IMG/VR virus record: IMGVR_UViG_3300033153_010326
Location: 32,001-96,000 of that record
DNA: 64,000 bases
Reading direction: 5' to 3' (one strand)
Source of the DNA: a virus
The notes beneath the pieces are model-generated. The model was not told where the DNA came from, ran no database searches, and saw only the letters and a program-made list of their open reading frames with translations. Position numbers and translations under genes: made by a program. Shown here piece after piece: positions 17,930 through 27,728 of this stretch. Every line of letters begins with the position of its first letter. Position 1 is the stretch's first letter.

Positions 17930-18694
17930 ATGAAATTTAAAGTAGCTATAATTAAAGACGGTCAACAGCTTATTAAATTTGTATTAGATGATGGTGAGGA
18001 AATTTGGGCAGAAACTTCTCAAAAGGTTTATGATTTTGCCAAGAAGAATTTTGAAGAAAATGAAATTTGTGATTTTGATTATGAAGAAAAAGACGATGGT
18101 AGTTATTATGTAGATAGAATCCTAAAGAAAGAAGGAGGAAGTTCTTCTAAACCTTCTCCTAAGAAAAGAGGCAGAGGTAGACCTAAGAAATTTTCTTCTT
18201 CAACATCAGGAAAAGTTTGTGAGTGCGGTACAGAAATAAAAAATGCTAAATATAGTCAATGCTACGAATGTAATCAAGCAAAGAAGAAAACGAAATCAGA
18301 AGGTGGGAAGTATTGTGAATGTGGTACTGAGATAAAGAATACTAAGTATGATAAGTGTTATGAGTGTAATCAAGCAGGAAAAGAAGAAAAATCAGATGAT
18401 AAGAAATATTGTACATGTGGAACAGAGATAAAAAATCATAAGTATGATAAATGTTATAATTGCAACAAAGAAAATAAAGGTTCTTCTGGTTCTGGAAAGC
18501 CTGATTATGAAAAAGGTGCTCCTTATGGTTCTGTAACTGAAGGGGAAGCAATTAGAAGAAATAAATTAGCAGTATTGGGAAGTATAGCTTCTGCTATAGG
18601 TACTGCTATGGCAGGTCAAGTAGAAGACGCAGATGCTCTTATTGATATGATTATTGAAGCACATAAGAAGATTTATAAGGAATTGTTTGGATAA
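17930..18694 (+). CDS. putative DNA-binding protein: OB-like N-terminus, AT-hook, three tandem Zn fingers
   Basis: KKRGRGRPKK; 3 x CxCGTEIKNxKYxxCYxCN; sits in the replication module. Confidence 0.6.
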   Translation: MKFKVAIIKDGQQLIKFVLDDGEEIWAETSQKVYDFAKKNFEENEICDFDYEEKDDGSYYVDRILKKEGGSSSKPSPKKRGRGRPKKFSSSTSGKVCECGTEIKNAKYSQCYECNQAKKKTKSEGGKYCECGTEIKNTKYDKCYECNQAGKEEKSDDKKYCTCGTEIKNHKYDKCYNCNKENKGSSGSGKPDYEKGAPYGSVTEGEAIRRNKLAVLGSIASAIGTAMAGQVEDADALIDMIIEAHKKIYKELFG

Positions 18695-18707
18695 AATTAA
18701 GATTTAT

Positions 18708-18780
18708 TGTCTCGTAAGTAGTTAAGATTTGTCGCATCGGACAATAGTGCTGGAATCCATTTTTTAACGAAAGCGAGACA
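18708..18780 (+). ncRNA. candidate structured RNA with loop-E-like internal loop
   Basis: TGTCTCGT/GCGAGACA stem, AAGTA/GAAA internal loop, GTTAAGA/TTTTAAC stem, TTGTC/GACAA hairpin. Confidence 0.5.
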
Positions 18781-19176
18781 TATTGTATAAAGAGGATAGG
18801 ATTAATTTTTCGGAACTCGATTACGCGCTTAGACGCAGGAACATGAAAACTATGATTACGCAACTCATTGATAATACTGGACTTAGAGATAAAGCTACTA
18901 AACAATATATTTATATTTTATATATGACAAGAGCTGTGAAAACTGAACATTTACATGAATTACTTGATAAAGTTATGGAGAACTAAAATGTTTGGATGGC
19001 TGATAGGAGATGTTACTAAAGATGTAGTAGTTTTAATGAATGAAATTATCCAAATAATGAAAATTATGCTGATAGGTGGAGGGGTTTGTTTATTTATTAT
19101 TTGGATAACAATTATATTTAAAAAATGATTATTCGTATAAGTACATTAAATTAACACTTTAGTTAATTAACTGTAT

Positions 19177-19656
19177 TTGAAAATAAAAGGAAGAAATGTG
19201 AATAAATCTATTTTTTTTAGGAAAAAAGTAAAAGAACTAGCTTTATTAAATAATATTAAAGAAGATATTGTTATTAGACAAGATAATAGATTAGGAGGTT
19301 ACTTAGCGTGTACTAGATTATATTTATATTCAGATACACAAGAACCTGTCTATTTAATTACATATAATGCAAAATTATTTAAATATAAAACTAAATTACA
19401 ATTAATGGCTTTAGCTTTACATGAATTAGGGCATATTAAATTTAGACATGAATATAAGTATAGTTTTAAAAATACTACAAAAAAACAATTAATTCGTATG
19501 GAATACGAAGCGGAAAAATTTTCTTTATTATATATAAAAAATCATTACTCTAAATATTTTAAAAAAAGAATAGAGCTTTTAAAAAATTATATTACTAATG
19601 ATAATGTTATTTATAGAGAAGCTTTTTATAAATTAGCTAAAGAATTTGATAAATAG
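19177..19656 (+). CDS. HExxH metallopeptidase-like protein
   Basis: ALHELGHI...EYEAE. Confidence 0.65.
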   Translation: MKIKGRNVNKSIFFRKKVKELALLNNIKEDIVIRQDNRLGGYLACTRLYLYSDTQEPVYLITYNAKLFKYKTKLQLMALALHELGHIKFRHEYKYSFKNTTKKQLIRMEYEAEKFSLLYIKNHYSKYFKKRIELLKNYITNDNVIYREAFYKLAKEFDK

Positions 19657-20073
19657 GAGAAATTATGTATTATTTTTTATATAGTTTAATGTTAATAGGT
19701 TTTATAGGGGTATCAGTACAAGCTCCTGATTTAAGGTCGAAAGTTATTGGGATTTTGTTGGTTGTGGTGAATGGGTTAATTTTTTGGAGATAATAATATG
19801 AAATATAAATTTTATGTATATAAAGTAATAGGAGAAGCGGAAATATTTACTGAAAATCAACCTAATAAAGAAGAAGCTAGAGAATTTGTAATGAAAAATG
19901 CTAAACATCTTAATTATAAAAGACCTGGTTATTTTTATATGTTATTAAATAAAAGACCAAAGGTGGTGAAATGATTATTTGTAAATATTGTAAAAGAGAA
20001 ATACCTAATAAAAATCTTATAACTAAAAATGGATGCCGATGGTGTTCGGCAGAATACCATCAAAATAAAAATA

Positions 20074-20499
20074 ATGAAAAAATTAAAGATAAGTAAAAAA
20101 GATTTAATAAAAGCTTATAATATTGATAGATTAAAACTTCAAGAAATTTGTATTAGATTTGCTTGTGGAGAAACTACTGTAGTTAGATTATTAAAAAGAT
20201 ATAAGATTTTTAAAAGAGGAATGGTATCATCTATAGGAAATAAAAAGTATACTTCTAAAGGATATATTTTAATTTTATTACCATTTCATCCTTTTAGTTC
20301 AAAACGAGGATATGTTAGAGAACATAGATTAATGATGGAAAAGTATCTTGGTAGGTATTTAAAAAGAGAAGAAGTAGTTCATCATGAAAATGATATTAGA
20401 GATGATAATAGGATTGAGAATTTAAGATTATTTTCTAATCAAGGTAAGCATAACAAGTTTCATAGGAATCGTGTTAATAAAGAAAAAGGCAGTTTCTAA
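20074..20499 (+). mobile_element. HNH homing endonuclease with N-terminal HTH
   Basis: GYVREHRLMMEKYLGRYL...VHHENDIRDDNRIENL. Confidence 0.88.
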
Positions 20500-20501
20500 A
20501 C

Positions 20502-20531
20502 TTGCACATGAAGCCTAAAGTATGATATACT
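20502..20531 (+). promoter_or_regulatory. sigma70-type promoter
   Basis: TTGCAC-N18-TATACT with GTATGA, then AAGGAG RBS. Confidence 0.7.
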
Positions 20532-20549
20532 AGTAGTAAGGAGAATATA

Positions 20550-20927
20550 ATGACTGATGAACAGATACTTAAAGAGGTTATAAATAAAGTAGTTAAGAAT
20601 GGATTAAAAGAAATAAATGGACTTCCCTATAATAAAGAATGTTTTTATAAGCCACATAAGAAGTTTCAGCAAATAGCTTTTGAGAATTTAGCAAAAGAGT
20701 TGCTTAGAAATAATAATTATATAAAGTTTATTTTTTCTTCTGAATTTGCAAAAATTTATTGGGGTGAAAATATTCCTATTAGAGAAGTAGGAAAAGGAGA
20801 TAAAATTGTAGGTTATGATATACCAAAAAAAGGCAGATTAAAATATTGGCAATATTATCAACATAAAATGTTAGATGAAATACAAGCTGGAAGAAATCTT
20901 TTAAAATATTTGGAGAAATTTTTATGA
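20550..20927 (+). CDS. hypothetical phage protein
   Basis: IFSSEFAKIYWG...WQYYQHKM...LKYLEKFL. Confidence 0.7.
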   Translation: MTDEQILKEVINKVVKNGLKEINGLPYNKECFYKPHKKFQQIAFENLAKELLRNNNYIKFIFSSEFAKIYWGENIPIREVGKGDKIVGYDIPKKGRLKYWQYYQHKMLDEIQAGRNLLKYLEKFL

Positions 20928-21534
20928 AAACGAGTTATTTAATTACTATTCCCTTTAGAATTATAGCAACTCTTTTTATATTAATAGTATCTATAATGTC
21001 AATACCAAACATGTTTTTAAATATTTTTTTAAGAGAAATGGAAATTATTTGGAGAAATAAATAATGAAAATTACTTCGCTTAAAGTAAAAAAGAAAGTCC
21101 GATTAGCAAGTATAAAAAGACTTAAAAATAATATAAAGGAAGTTGTTCATAATTGTCTTCTTGATATAGAAAAATATATTGTGGAAGATGTTATGAAATG
21201 TTTGAAAAAGGATGGAATTATTTATGCGAAAAACACGAAGAAAAATAGAAAGAAAAATACGAGGTGAAATAAGTAAACCTAAAAAGAGAAAGAATTGTAT
21301 ATTAAAACATTTAGATTCTTCAATAACAAATAGGTTTACTCGGATTCAATCTTATCTTATATTAATAGTAGATACTTTATTTATGATAATTTGTGCATAT
21401 TGGGCTTATTATGAAATATTTGTAAGGAGATAAATTGAAAAAATTAACTAAAAAACAAATAAATAAATGTAAACAACATTTGAAAATGAAGATGAAATTT
21501 GTATAAATTATATAGTTACAGGGATAGATAAAAA

Positions 21535-21816
21535 ATGAAAAAGAAAAATAAAGGTAGAGATTTTGAAGAAAAAATTAGGAAAACTATCGCAAGCGGAAAC
21601 TTATGGTTTGATAAGGGAGATATAAATACAGAAAATTTTTTAATTGAAACTAAATATACAGATAAAAAAAGTTTTAGAATCACTGAACAAATAATTAATA
21701 AAATATGGAATGATGCTCTCGATAGTAACAGACTTCCTCGCATAGTTATAGGTATACCAAAGAACGAAAGAGAACTATTTGTATTGACATGTAATATCCA
21801 TGTTATTAAAAAATAG
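21535..21816 (+). CDS. PD-(D/E)xK nuclease, Hjc-like Holliday junction resolvase
   Basis: GRDFEEK...SG...KGDI...LIETK. Confidence 0.75.
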   Translation: MKKKNKGRDFEEKIRKTIASGNLWFDKGDINTENFLIETKYTDKKSFRITEQIINKIWNDALDSNRLPRIVIGIPKNERELFVLTCNIHVIKK

Positions 21817-21825
21817 GAGATAAAA

Positions 21826-22848
21826 ATGAAAATTGCAAATAAGAAATTGTTCATAGAACTTTATAATTCAGGTAAAAGTGATTGTGAAATTTCTCAATTA
21901 TTAGAAATAGGAGAAAGAACAGTTTCTAGATATGCTCAAAATTTAAGAGCAAAAAACCAAATTAAATCTAGAAAAGAATTGCAAATTAATTCTAAAGTGA
22001 ATTTAGATAAAGTTAAGGACATAGATATAGAAAAAAATTTAAAACAAGCTCAAACAGATTGGAAAATACCAAAAGGAACTAAAAAAACAGATTCTATAGA
22101 TACTTTTAAAAAATGGCTTTATGTAGCAGACCAACATGTACCTGAACATAATGTTCCTGCTAATAGAGCTATTCATAAATTAATGGATGATATTAAATTT
22201 GATGGATTTCGTATTGTAGGAGATTTTATGGATATGTCTCCGATTTCTCATTGGAACGAGCATAAACGCAAAACTCTTGAAACACAAAGATTAAAGGAGC
22301 ATTATATAATAGGTAATGTTCTTTTGGATGAATATGATAAAAGATTACCTAAAAATTGCAATAAAGGTTATTTTTGGGGAAATCATGAGAATTGGTATAA
22401 TGATTTAATAGAAAAACTTCCAGTATTAGAAGGAATGTTAAATCCTACAGAAGAGCTTCGTCTAATAGAAAGAAATTATAAAGTTTATGAAAATCAAAAT
22501 CATATTGAAAGAATAGGCAGACTTTCAGTAACACATGGAGTATATGCTAATGTTCATGCAGTAAAAAAGCATATTGACGAATTTAAAACCAATGTAATGT
22601 TTTTTCATACTCATAGAATAGGTTCAAGGTCTTCAAGTTCTCCTGCTAAAGAAATAGCTATTATAGGATATAATGTAGGATGTTTATGTGATAAGAATCC
22701 TGATTATCTTAGAAATAGACCTAATAAATGGAGTCTTGGTTTTGCTATTGTTTATTATTTACCAAATGGATTCTTTTTTGTCCAAAATATAAGAATTATT
22801 AAAGGAAAATTTATATATAATAATAAACTTTACGATGGGAATATATAG
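21826..22848 (+). CDS. HTH plus calcineurin-like metallophosphoesterase
   Basis: ADQHVP, GDFMD, GNHE, THG, HTH motifs; N-terminal HTH. Confidence 0.85.
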   Translation: MKIANKKLFIELYNSGKSDCEISQLLEIGERTVSRYAQNLRAKNQIKSRKELQINSKVNLDKVKDIDIEKNLKQAQTDWKIPKGTKKTDSIDTFKKWLYVADQHVPEHNVPANRAIHKLMDDIKFDGFRIVGDFMDMSPISHWNEHKRKTLETQRLKEHYIIGNVLLDEYDKRLPKNCNKGYFWGNHENWYNDLIEKLPVLEGMLNPTEELRLIERNYKVYENQNHIERIGRLSVTHGVYANVHAVKKHIDEFKTNVMFFHTHRIGSRSSSSPAKEIAIIGYNVGCLCDKNPDYLRNRPNKWSLGFAIVYYLPNGFFFVQNIRIIKGKFIYNNKLYDGNI

Positions 22849-22867
22849 AAAATAAAGGAGGATAATT

Positions 22868-23200
22868 ATGAAACTACATGTAGAGAATATATTATCACCT
22901 TACTATACTATAACTGATAAAAAATCAGGAAAAAGGATTCCTTTCTGTGTTTGGGCAAATGATAAGCAGGGAGTTTATAACTGTTATAAAACAGATAAAA
23001 ATAAAAAAGTTGTTGTAAATAAAGAAAACAAAGTTGTAACCGAAACAATAAATAAACCTATTAAGATTATTAGAAATTGTTCATGGATTTATATGTTTTT
23101 TAATTCTATGGTAAGAATTTTTAACCAATTAAGATTACTTAAAAAAATTGAAAGGAGAAAGAAAAAATGTCTAAACCTTACCCCAAGTATGAAAAAGTAG
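22868..23200 (+). CDS. hypothetical protein
   Basis: AGGAGG RBS. Confidence 0.65.
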   Translation: MKLHVENILSPYYTITDKKSGKRIPFCVWANDKQGVYNCYKTDKNKKVVVNKENKVVTETINKPIKIIRNCSWIYMFFNSMVRIFNQLRLLKKIERRKKKCLNLTPSMKK

Positions 23201-23436
23201 ACAAAGATACCATAAAAATAATAATGGAAAGAGTACAAGATGTTCCAATACAAAGAATATTAAACAATAGGGAAGTATTGCTGGCTCAAAAAGCAGAGAT
23301 AGAAAAACAATTAGAAAATATTGCTGAAATTATTAAAACAGCTAAAAAATTAGGTATAGATACTACTCTTAAACTTAAACAAGAAGATAAGAACTTTAAA
23401 AAAGGAGGAAATAAAAATGGGAAAGAAAATAGATAA
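23167..23436 (+). CDS. hypothetical coiled-coil protein
   Basis: AGGAG RBS. Confidence 0.65.
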   Translation: MSKPYPKYEKVDKDTIKIIMERVQDVPIQRILNNREVLLAQKAEIEKQLENIAEIIKTAKKLGIDTTLKLKQEDKNFKKGGNKNGKENR

Positions 23437-24040
23437 AAATATGAATTTACATATTAAAATTGCTAAAGGTATAAAAGAACCTATTAATGTTTATACTATT
23501 CCAGAATATTTAAGAGAAAATGCTTTTATAAAAGAGGCAACTCCAGAGTCTCGAAGTTATATTATAGAAGCTAAAAAAGTTACTTATATAGATGGTGATG
23601 GTCGTTTAAGTAGAGTTAAAGCAGATTATTATGGAGATTGTGAAATTCCTTTTTCTGGATTGAATTCTAATTTAGAATATATGTCTATAGAAGGGGTGCT
23701 TAAAGGGAATAATGAAGAAGAATTAAACGAAATAAGAATAAAAATAGCAACAGTTATGGATGTAAAAGAAATAAATTTATTAAAATTATTAAGAAAGAAA
23801 ACTATTTTTTCTTGGATTTTTAGAAAGAAAGAAAACAGATATTTTATTTTTATAAAAAGAGGGGTTCCTAGAGAATTAGCAAAAAGTATGGGATTTTCTG
23901 AAAAAATTATGTTAAGAACTCCGATTGTTAATCCTTGTCCAGTTAGTATGTCAGATACAACAAAAGGAATAAAACCAAATACTTTAGCTTATGGAGTCTA
24001 TGGTTACGAATCTTACATTATGGCATTAGTTGAGGTATAA
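23417..24040 (+). CDS. hypothetical protein, possibly a shortened HK97-fold capsid-like protein
   Basis: AGGAGG RBS; fold call is tentative pattern recognition (see findings). Confidence 0.45.
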   Translation: MGKKIDKNMNLHIKIAKGIKEPINVYTIPEYLRENAFIKEATPESRSYIIEAKKVTYIDGDGRLSRVKADYYGDCEIPFSGLNSNLEYMSIEGVLKGNNEEELNEIRIKIATVMDVKEINLLKLLRKKTIFSWIFRKKENRYFIFIKRGVPRELAKSMGFSEKIMLRTPIVNPCPVSMSDTTKGIKPNTLAYGVYGYESYIMALVEV

Positions 24041-24292
24041 ATGACCAAAAAAACTTTTAAGATAAGAACTCCTATTTGGAAGACTATGAGCGTAGGATTA
24101 GCAGAATATAAGTTAGCTGATATGAATTATGTGGAGATTATATATAGAGCTAATTCTGGAAGAAAATTATTTCCAGATAAATATAGAATTTCTAAAGAGA
24201 AAGTTTTGAAGTATCCAACTCAGTTTGTAGGAGTAAATTTAAGAATTATTCCAATAGAAGATTTAGAAATTGTAAAAAAAAGGAGGAAATGA
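24041..24292 (+). CDS. hypothetical phage protein
   Basis: PIW...SVGLA...VEI.Y...G...FP. Confidence 0.7.
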   Translation: MTKKTFKIRTPIWKTMSVGLAEYKLADMNYVEIIYRANSGRKLFPDKYRISKEKVLKYPTQFVGVNLRIIPIEDLEIVKKRRK

Positions 24293-24293
24293 A

Positions 24294-24527
24294 ATGGGAA
24301 AGATTAATTATATAAGAGTATCGTCTGTAAAGGGACTTGTAAAGGAACTTGGTCGTAGAAGTGGTAAGGATTTTTTGGAAGAGTTAGATAGAGTAGTTGG
24401 AGAAATAGTAAAAAGAGCTTCTAAGAAAGAAAGTAAGAAGAAAACTTTAGATGCTTCAGATGTTAAAGTAATTGTAGATTCTATGGTAGTAGGAGTACCA
24501 GAAGAAATGGTTAAGGATTCTAAATAA
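24294..24527 (+). CDS. histone-fold protein (bacterial/archaeal histone-like)
   Basis: IRVSSVKGLVKELG-RRSGKDFLEELDRVVGEIVKRA-SKKESKKKTLDASDV: three-helix spacing with the R/K-K-T-[LV]-x-x-x-D-[VI] signature; AGGAGG RBS. Confidence 0.75.
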   Translation: MGKINYIRVSSVKGLVKELGRRSGKDFLEELDRVVGEIVKRASKKESKKKTLDASDVKVIVDSMVVGVPEEMVKDSK

Positions 24528-24530
24528 TTA

Positions 24531-24578
24531 AATATTGAGGGAGTTATTTGTAAGCGACCTGACCCCTCCCTCAGTATT
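24531..24578 (+). terminator. stem-loop after the histone gene
   Basis: AATATTGAGGGAG pairs with CTCCCTCAGTATT, followed by a T-rich run. Confidence 0.55.
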
Positions 24579-24596
24579 ATTTTTGGAGGATAAAAA

Positions 24597-24686
24597 ATGG
24601 CTAATAGAATAATTAGAATGAGAAAATGGAGAGCTTCTGGTCATAAGCATAAGAAGAATAAGAAGAGCGTAGCTGACAGAAAAATA
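24597..24686 (+). CDS. 29-aa basic peptide MANRIIRMRKWRASGHKHKKNKKSVADRK
   Basis: GGAGGA RBS 7 nt upstream; below the ORF-track size cutoff. Confidence 0.5.
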
Positions 24687-24726
24687 ATTAAGAATCTTCT
24701 TAAAAAACATACCATAAAGGAAGTTT

Positions 24727-26739
24727 ATGGAATATAAAAAAATCATCTTATCAAAATTGCTTATCTATTTAAAAAATAAAAAAGTAAAATTAAGTAGAGG
24801 TAATATAAAAACTTTAAAATGTCCCAAATGTGGTAAGACTGCTAATATTATTCCTAATGTTAATGAAATTAATTGTTTCGTTTGTAAGCCAAAGAAATTG
24901 TTAAATCGTTACTGGAATCTTATAGATATAGTAAGAATAATAGAAAAAGATAAAGAAAGTTGGGATGATGAAAAGATTTTACAATATTTAAAGGAATATT
25001 TAGATATTAAAGTTACTACAGAAAAAGATAATCAAGCTATTGAAGATATTTTAAATAAGTATCAAGAATGGGGATTTGATTTAGTACCTATACATGCTAA
25101 TGGTAAAGTTCCATTTGAAATAAAAGATTGGACTATTATACCTCATAAAGAAATATATGAATGGAAAAATTGGCTAAATGATGGTCTTAATATAGGAGTT
25201 AAAACTGGTAAGAGAAGTAATATAACCGCCATTGACATAGATGCTTTAACTAAAGAAGAAAAGAAAGAAATAAGAACAAAGAAAATTTCAAAAGAAAGAT
25301 TAGAAGAATTGATGCAATTAAGACAAGACAGATTAGATAAAGTTTATAAAGAAATGGGAGATATAGTAGGTAATCCTTTAGTACAACATAATCTTGGAGG
25401 TCATCATTTAATTTATCAATATGAAGAAGATATTCGCAAAACTTATATTAAGGTTCAAGATATTCATTTAGATATAGAAAATAATGGAGGTTATATTTTA
25501 CTTGCTCCTTCAAAAGTAGGTAACAATGATTCTAGAAGTTTTAAAGAAAATACAACACCACCTAAAATGCCTGACAAATTAAAACAATTTATATTATCAA
25601 AAATGAAACCTTCTAATAAAACTTATAGTGAAGGTATTATAGAGGATATAAAAACTGAAGATTTTAAAATAGACCCAAAGAAATTTATGTTAAAAAATAA
25701 TCAATTGGAAGGATGTTGTAATACTGAATTTATAAAACTTGGAGGGATTTTACGAAAGCAATTAAATATGAAACAAACAGGTTATGTTCTTAATGTTTTA
25801 AATAAACATATTTTAGAAAAACCAATGGAATCAAAAATGGTAAGAGCAATGTTACAAGAGTTAAATAAATATTCTCAATTTGACGAGACAGAATTAGCTC
25901 ATAAAATTTTAGAATATTTAAAAGATTGTGTAGAAGAAGCTGGTAGAATAGAAATAGCTATGGCAGTAGTTGGAACAAATAGAGGAGAAGATAAAAAGAG
26001 AGTAGATAAAGCTCTTCAGTATTTAATTAGAGAGAAGCAAATTGTAAGAAATGGCAAAGCTTATGAAATTATTGATGATTCGGAATGGACTGAAGAATTT
26101 ATGAATACAGGAATTCCTATAGATTTTAAGATGCCTTATTTTTATGATACTATGTATTTTCACGTCGGAGACCTTCTATTAATTGGAGCTTCTCCTGCAA
26201 TAGGCAAAACTCACATTTCAGTAAATATTATCAAACAATTAGTAGACCAAAATATTAAACCTTATTATGTATCATTGGAAGGAGGGAGTCGCTACGCAAA
26301 AATTGCGAAACAATTAGGATTAAAAGAAGGAGATTTTTCAATTAAAGAAACTTCTAATCCTAATAAAATAAAATTAAAAGATGGAGCAATAACTATTATA
26401 GATTGGATATGTCCTCGTAATTATGCAGAAACTGACAAAGTTTTACAAAATTTAGCTGACAAAGTAAGAGAAACTAAAGGAATATTAATAATTTTTGTTC
26501 AATTAAGAAAAAATGATACTTGGTTAGCTCCAGACCTTATTAATCAATTTCCATCATTTGCTTGTAGATATACTTATGATAAAGAAGATGATGGAGAATT
26601 TGGGAGATTTCATATAGATAAATTGAGAGATGCTAAAGTTAAAATTAAGAATCATAAAATACCTTGTAAGTATTCATGGGATACTAAATTATTTAAGAGG
26701 GTGGATGAATTAGATGAAGATATTAAAGAGACTGGTTAA
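24727..26739 (+). CDS. primase-helicase (Zn finger, Prim-Pol-type primase, RecA-like helicase)
   Basis: CPKC..CFVC; LVPI..NGKVP..W; NIGVKTG...AIDID; GHHLIY; GGYILLAPS; GASPAIGKT; IIDWI; FVQL. Confidence 0.85.
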   Translation: MEYKKIILSKLLIYLKNKKVKLSRGNIKTLKCPKCGKTANIIPNVNEINCFVCKPKKLLNRYWNLIDIVRIIEKDKESWDDEKILQYLKEYLDIKVTTEKDNQAIEDILNKYQEWGFDLVPIHANGKVPFEIKDWTIIPHKEIYEWKNWLNDGLNIGVKTGKRSNITAIDIDALTKEEKKEIRTKKISKERLEELMQLRQDRLDKVYKEMGDIVGNPLVQHNLGGHHLIYQYEEDIRKTYIKVQDIHLDIENNGGYILLAPSKVGNNDSRSFKENTTPPKMPDKLKQFILSKMKPSNKTYSEGIIEDIKTEDFKIDPKKFMLKNNQLEGCCNTEFIKLGGILRKQLNMKQTGYVLNVLNKHILEKPMESKMVRAMLQELNKYSQFDETELAHKILEYLKDCVEEAGRIEIAMAVVGTNRGEDKKRVDKALQYLIREKQIVRNGKAYEIIDDSEWTEEFMNTGIPIDFKMPYFYDTMYFHVGDLLLIGASPAIGKTHISVNIIKQLVDQNIKPYYVSLEGGSRYAKIAKQLGLKEGDFSIKETSNPNKIKLKDGAITIIDWICPRNYAETDKVLQNLADKVRETKGILIIFVQLRKNDTWLAPDLINQFPSFACRYTYDKEDDGEFGRFHIDKLRDAKVKIKNHKIPCKYSWDTKLFKRVDELDEDIKETG

Positions 26740-26953
26740 GAATTGGGTTTGGGTATTAATATTTATGTTTTATGGTAGTATAATAGGATTGTTGATTTTA
26801 GAAAATATAGGAGTATTTAAATCATGAAAATTATAGCTTATTGGTTAGCAAAATCATGTAGGAAATTTAAATTTAAAATAGAATATTATAAACATATGAG
26901 AACAATAGAAATAACTTTGCCTCTGTGGAATATTCTTATTTTTTGGGGGAAAG

Positions 26954-27544
26954 ATGTATATTAAAAAAATAAAAAAATCTAATGTGGAAACTTTCTTAGG
27001 TGTAAAGCTAAAAGATAATATGGTTGCTCTTGGAGCAGATACAGCAGTTTATCATACAGCATTTGCAATTATTAGAACTACTGATACTTATTTAATTTTA
27101 GAAAGTTTAGAAAAAATCGAAGTTCCTAAATTAGCTAAAAAATCTACTATAGAACAAAGATTGAAAAATTTAGATTTATACACCGAACAGTTAGATGACC
27201 TAAAAAACAAATGGTCAAAATTATATAAATTTGATTATACAAAAATCGAGGACTGTTATTATGCTTTTAGCGTTTTGACAACTAAATCTCTAGCTTATAA
27301 TTCTATCCTAACTTATGATAGATTAAAACGAATTTCTACATATACAACTTTAATAATGCCAAATTCGGCTAGAGCTAAAATTAAATTTAAGAAATCTAAA
27401 AAGAAAATGACTAAAATTGAATTTAAGAATGAAATTATAGATTATGTAAATTTAGCTTTGGGATTAGAAATTACTAATAATGATGAAGCAGACAGTATCA
27501 TATTAGCATTAGCTGGATTAGTGGAGGGATATTATGGGAAATAA
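26954..27544 (+). CDS. ruvC: RuvC-like Holliday junction resolvase
   Basis: ALGADTA...TAFAII, KIED, NDEADSIILA. Confidence 0.72.
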   Translation: MYIKKIKKSNVETFLGVKLKDNMVALGADTAVYHTAFAIIRTTDTYLILESLEKIEVPKLAKKSTIEQRLKNLDLYTEQLDDLKNKWSKLYKFDYTKIEDCYYAFSVLTTKSLAYNSILTYDRLKRISTYTTLIMPNSARAKIKFKKSKKKMTKIEFKNEIIDYVNLALGLEITNNDEADSIILALAGLVEGYYGK

Positions 27545-27728
27545 ATTTTATAAAAAATTAGAAAAAATTAAAGGAAAAGTATTAAAAGATATTAGAACTG
27601 GATGGTCAGGAGCAGAAATAGAATTAGAGTTTGAAGATGGAACTATAGCGGAGTTAAGTATATTAAGATACCCTGATGGTACTATTAGTGAAAAAATATT
27701 AGAAATTGAGGAAAATAATGGCAAATAA
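27534..27728 (+). CDS. hypothetical protein
   Basis: GGAGG RBS. Confidence 0.6.
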   Translation: MGNKFYKKLEKIKGKVLKDIRTGWSGAEIELEFEDGTIAELSILRYPDGTISEKILEIEENNGK

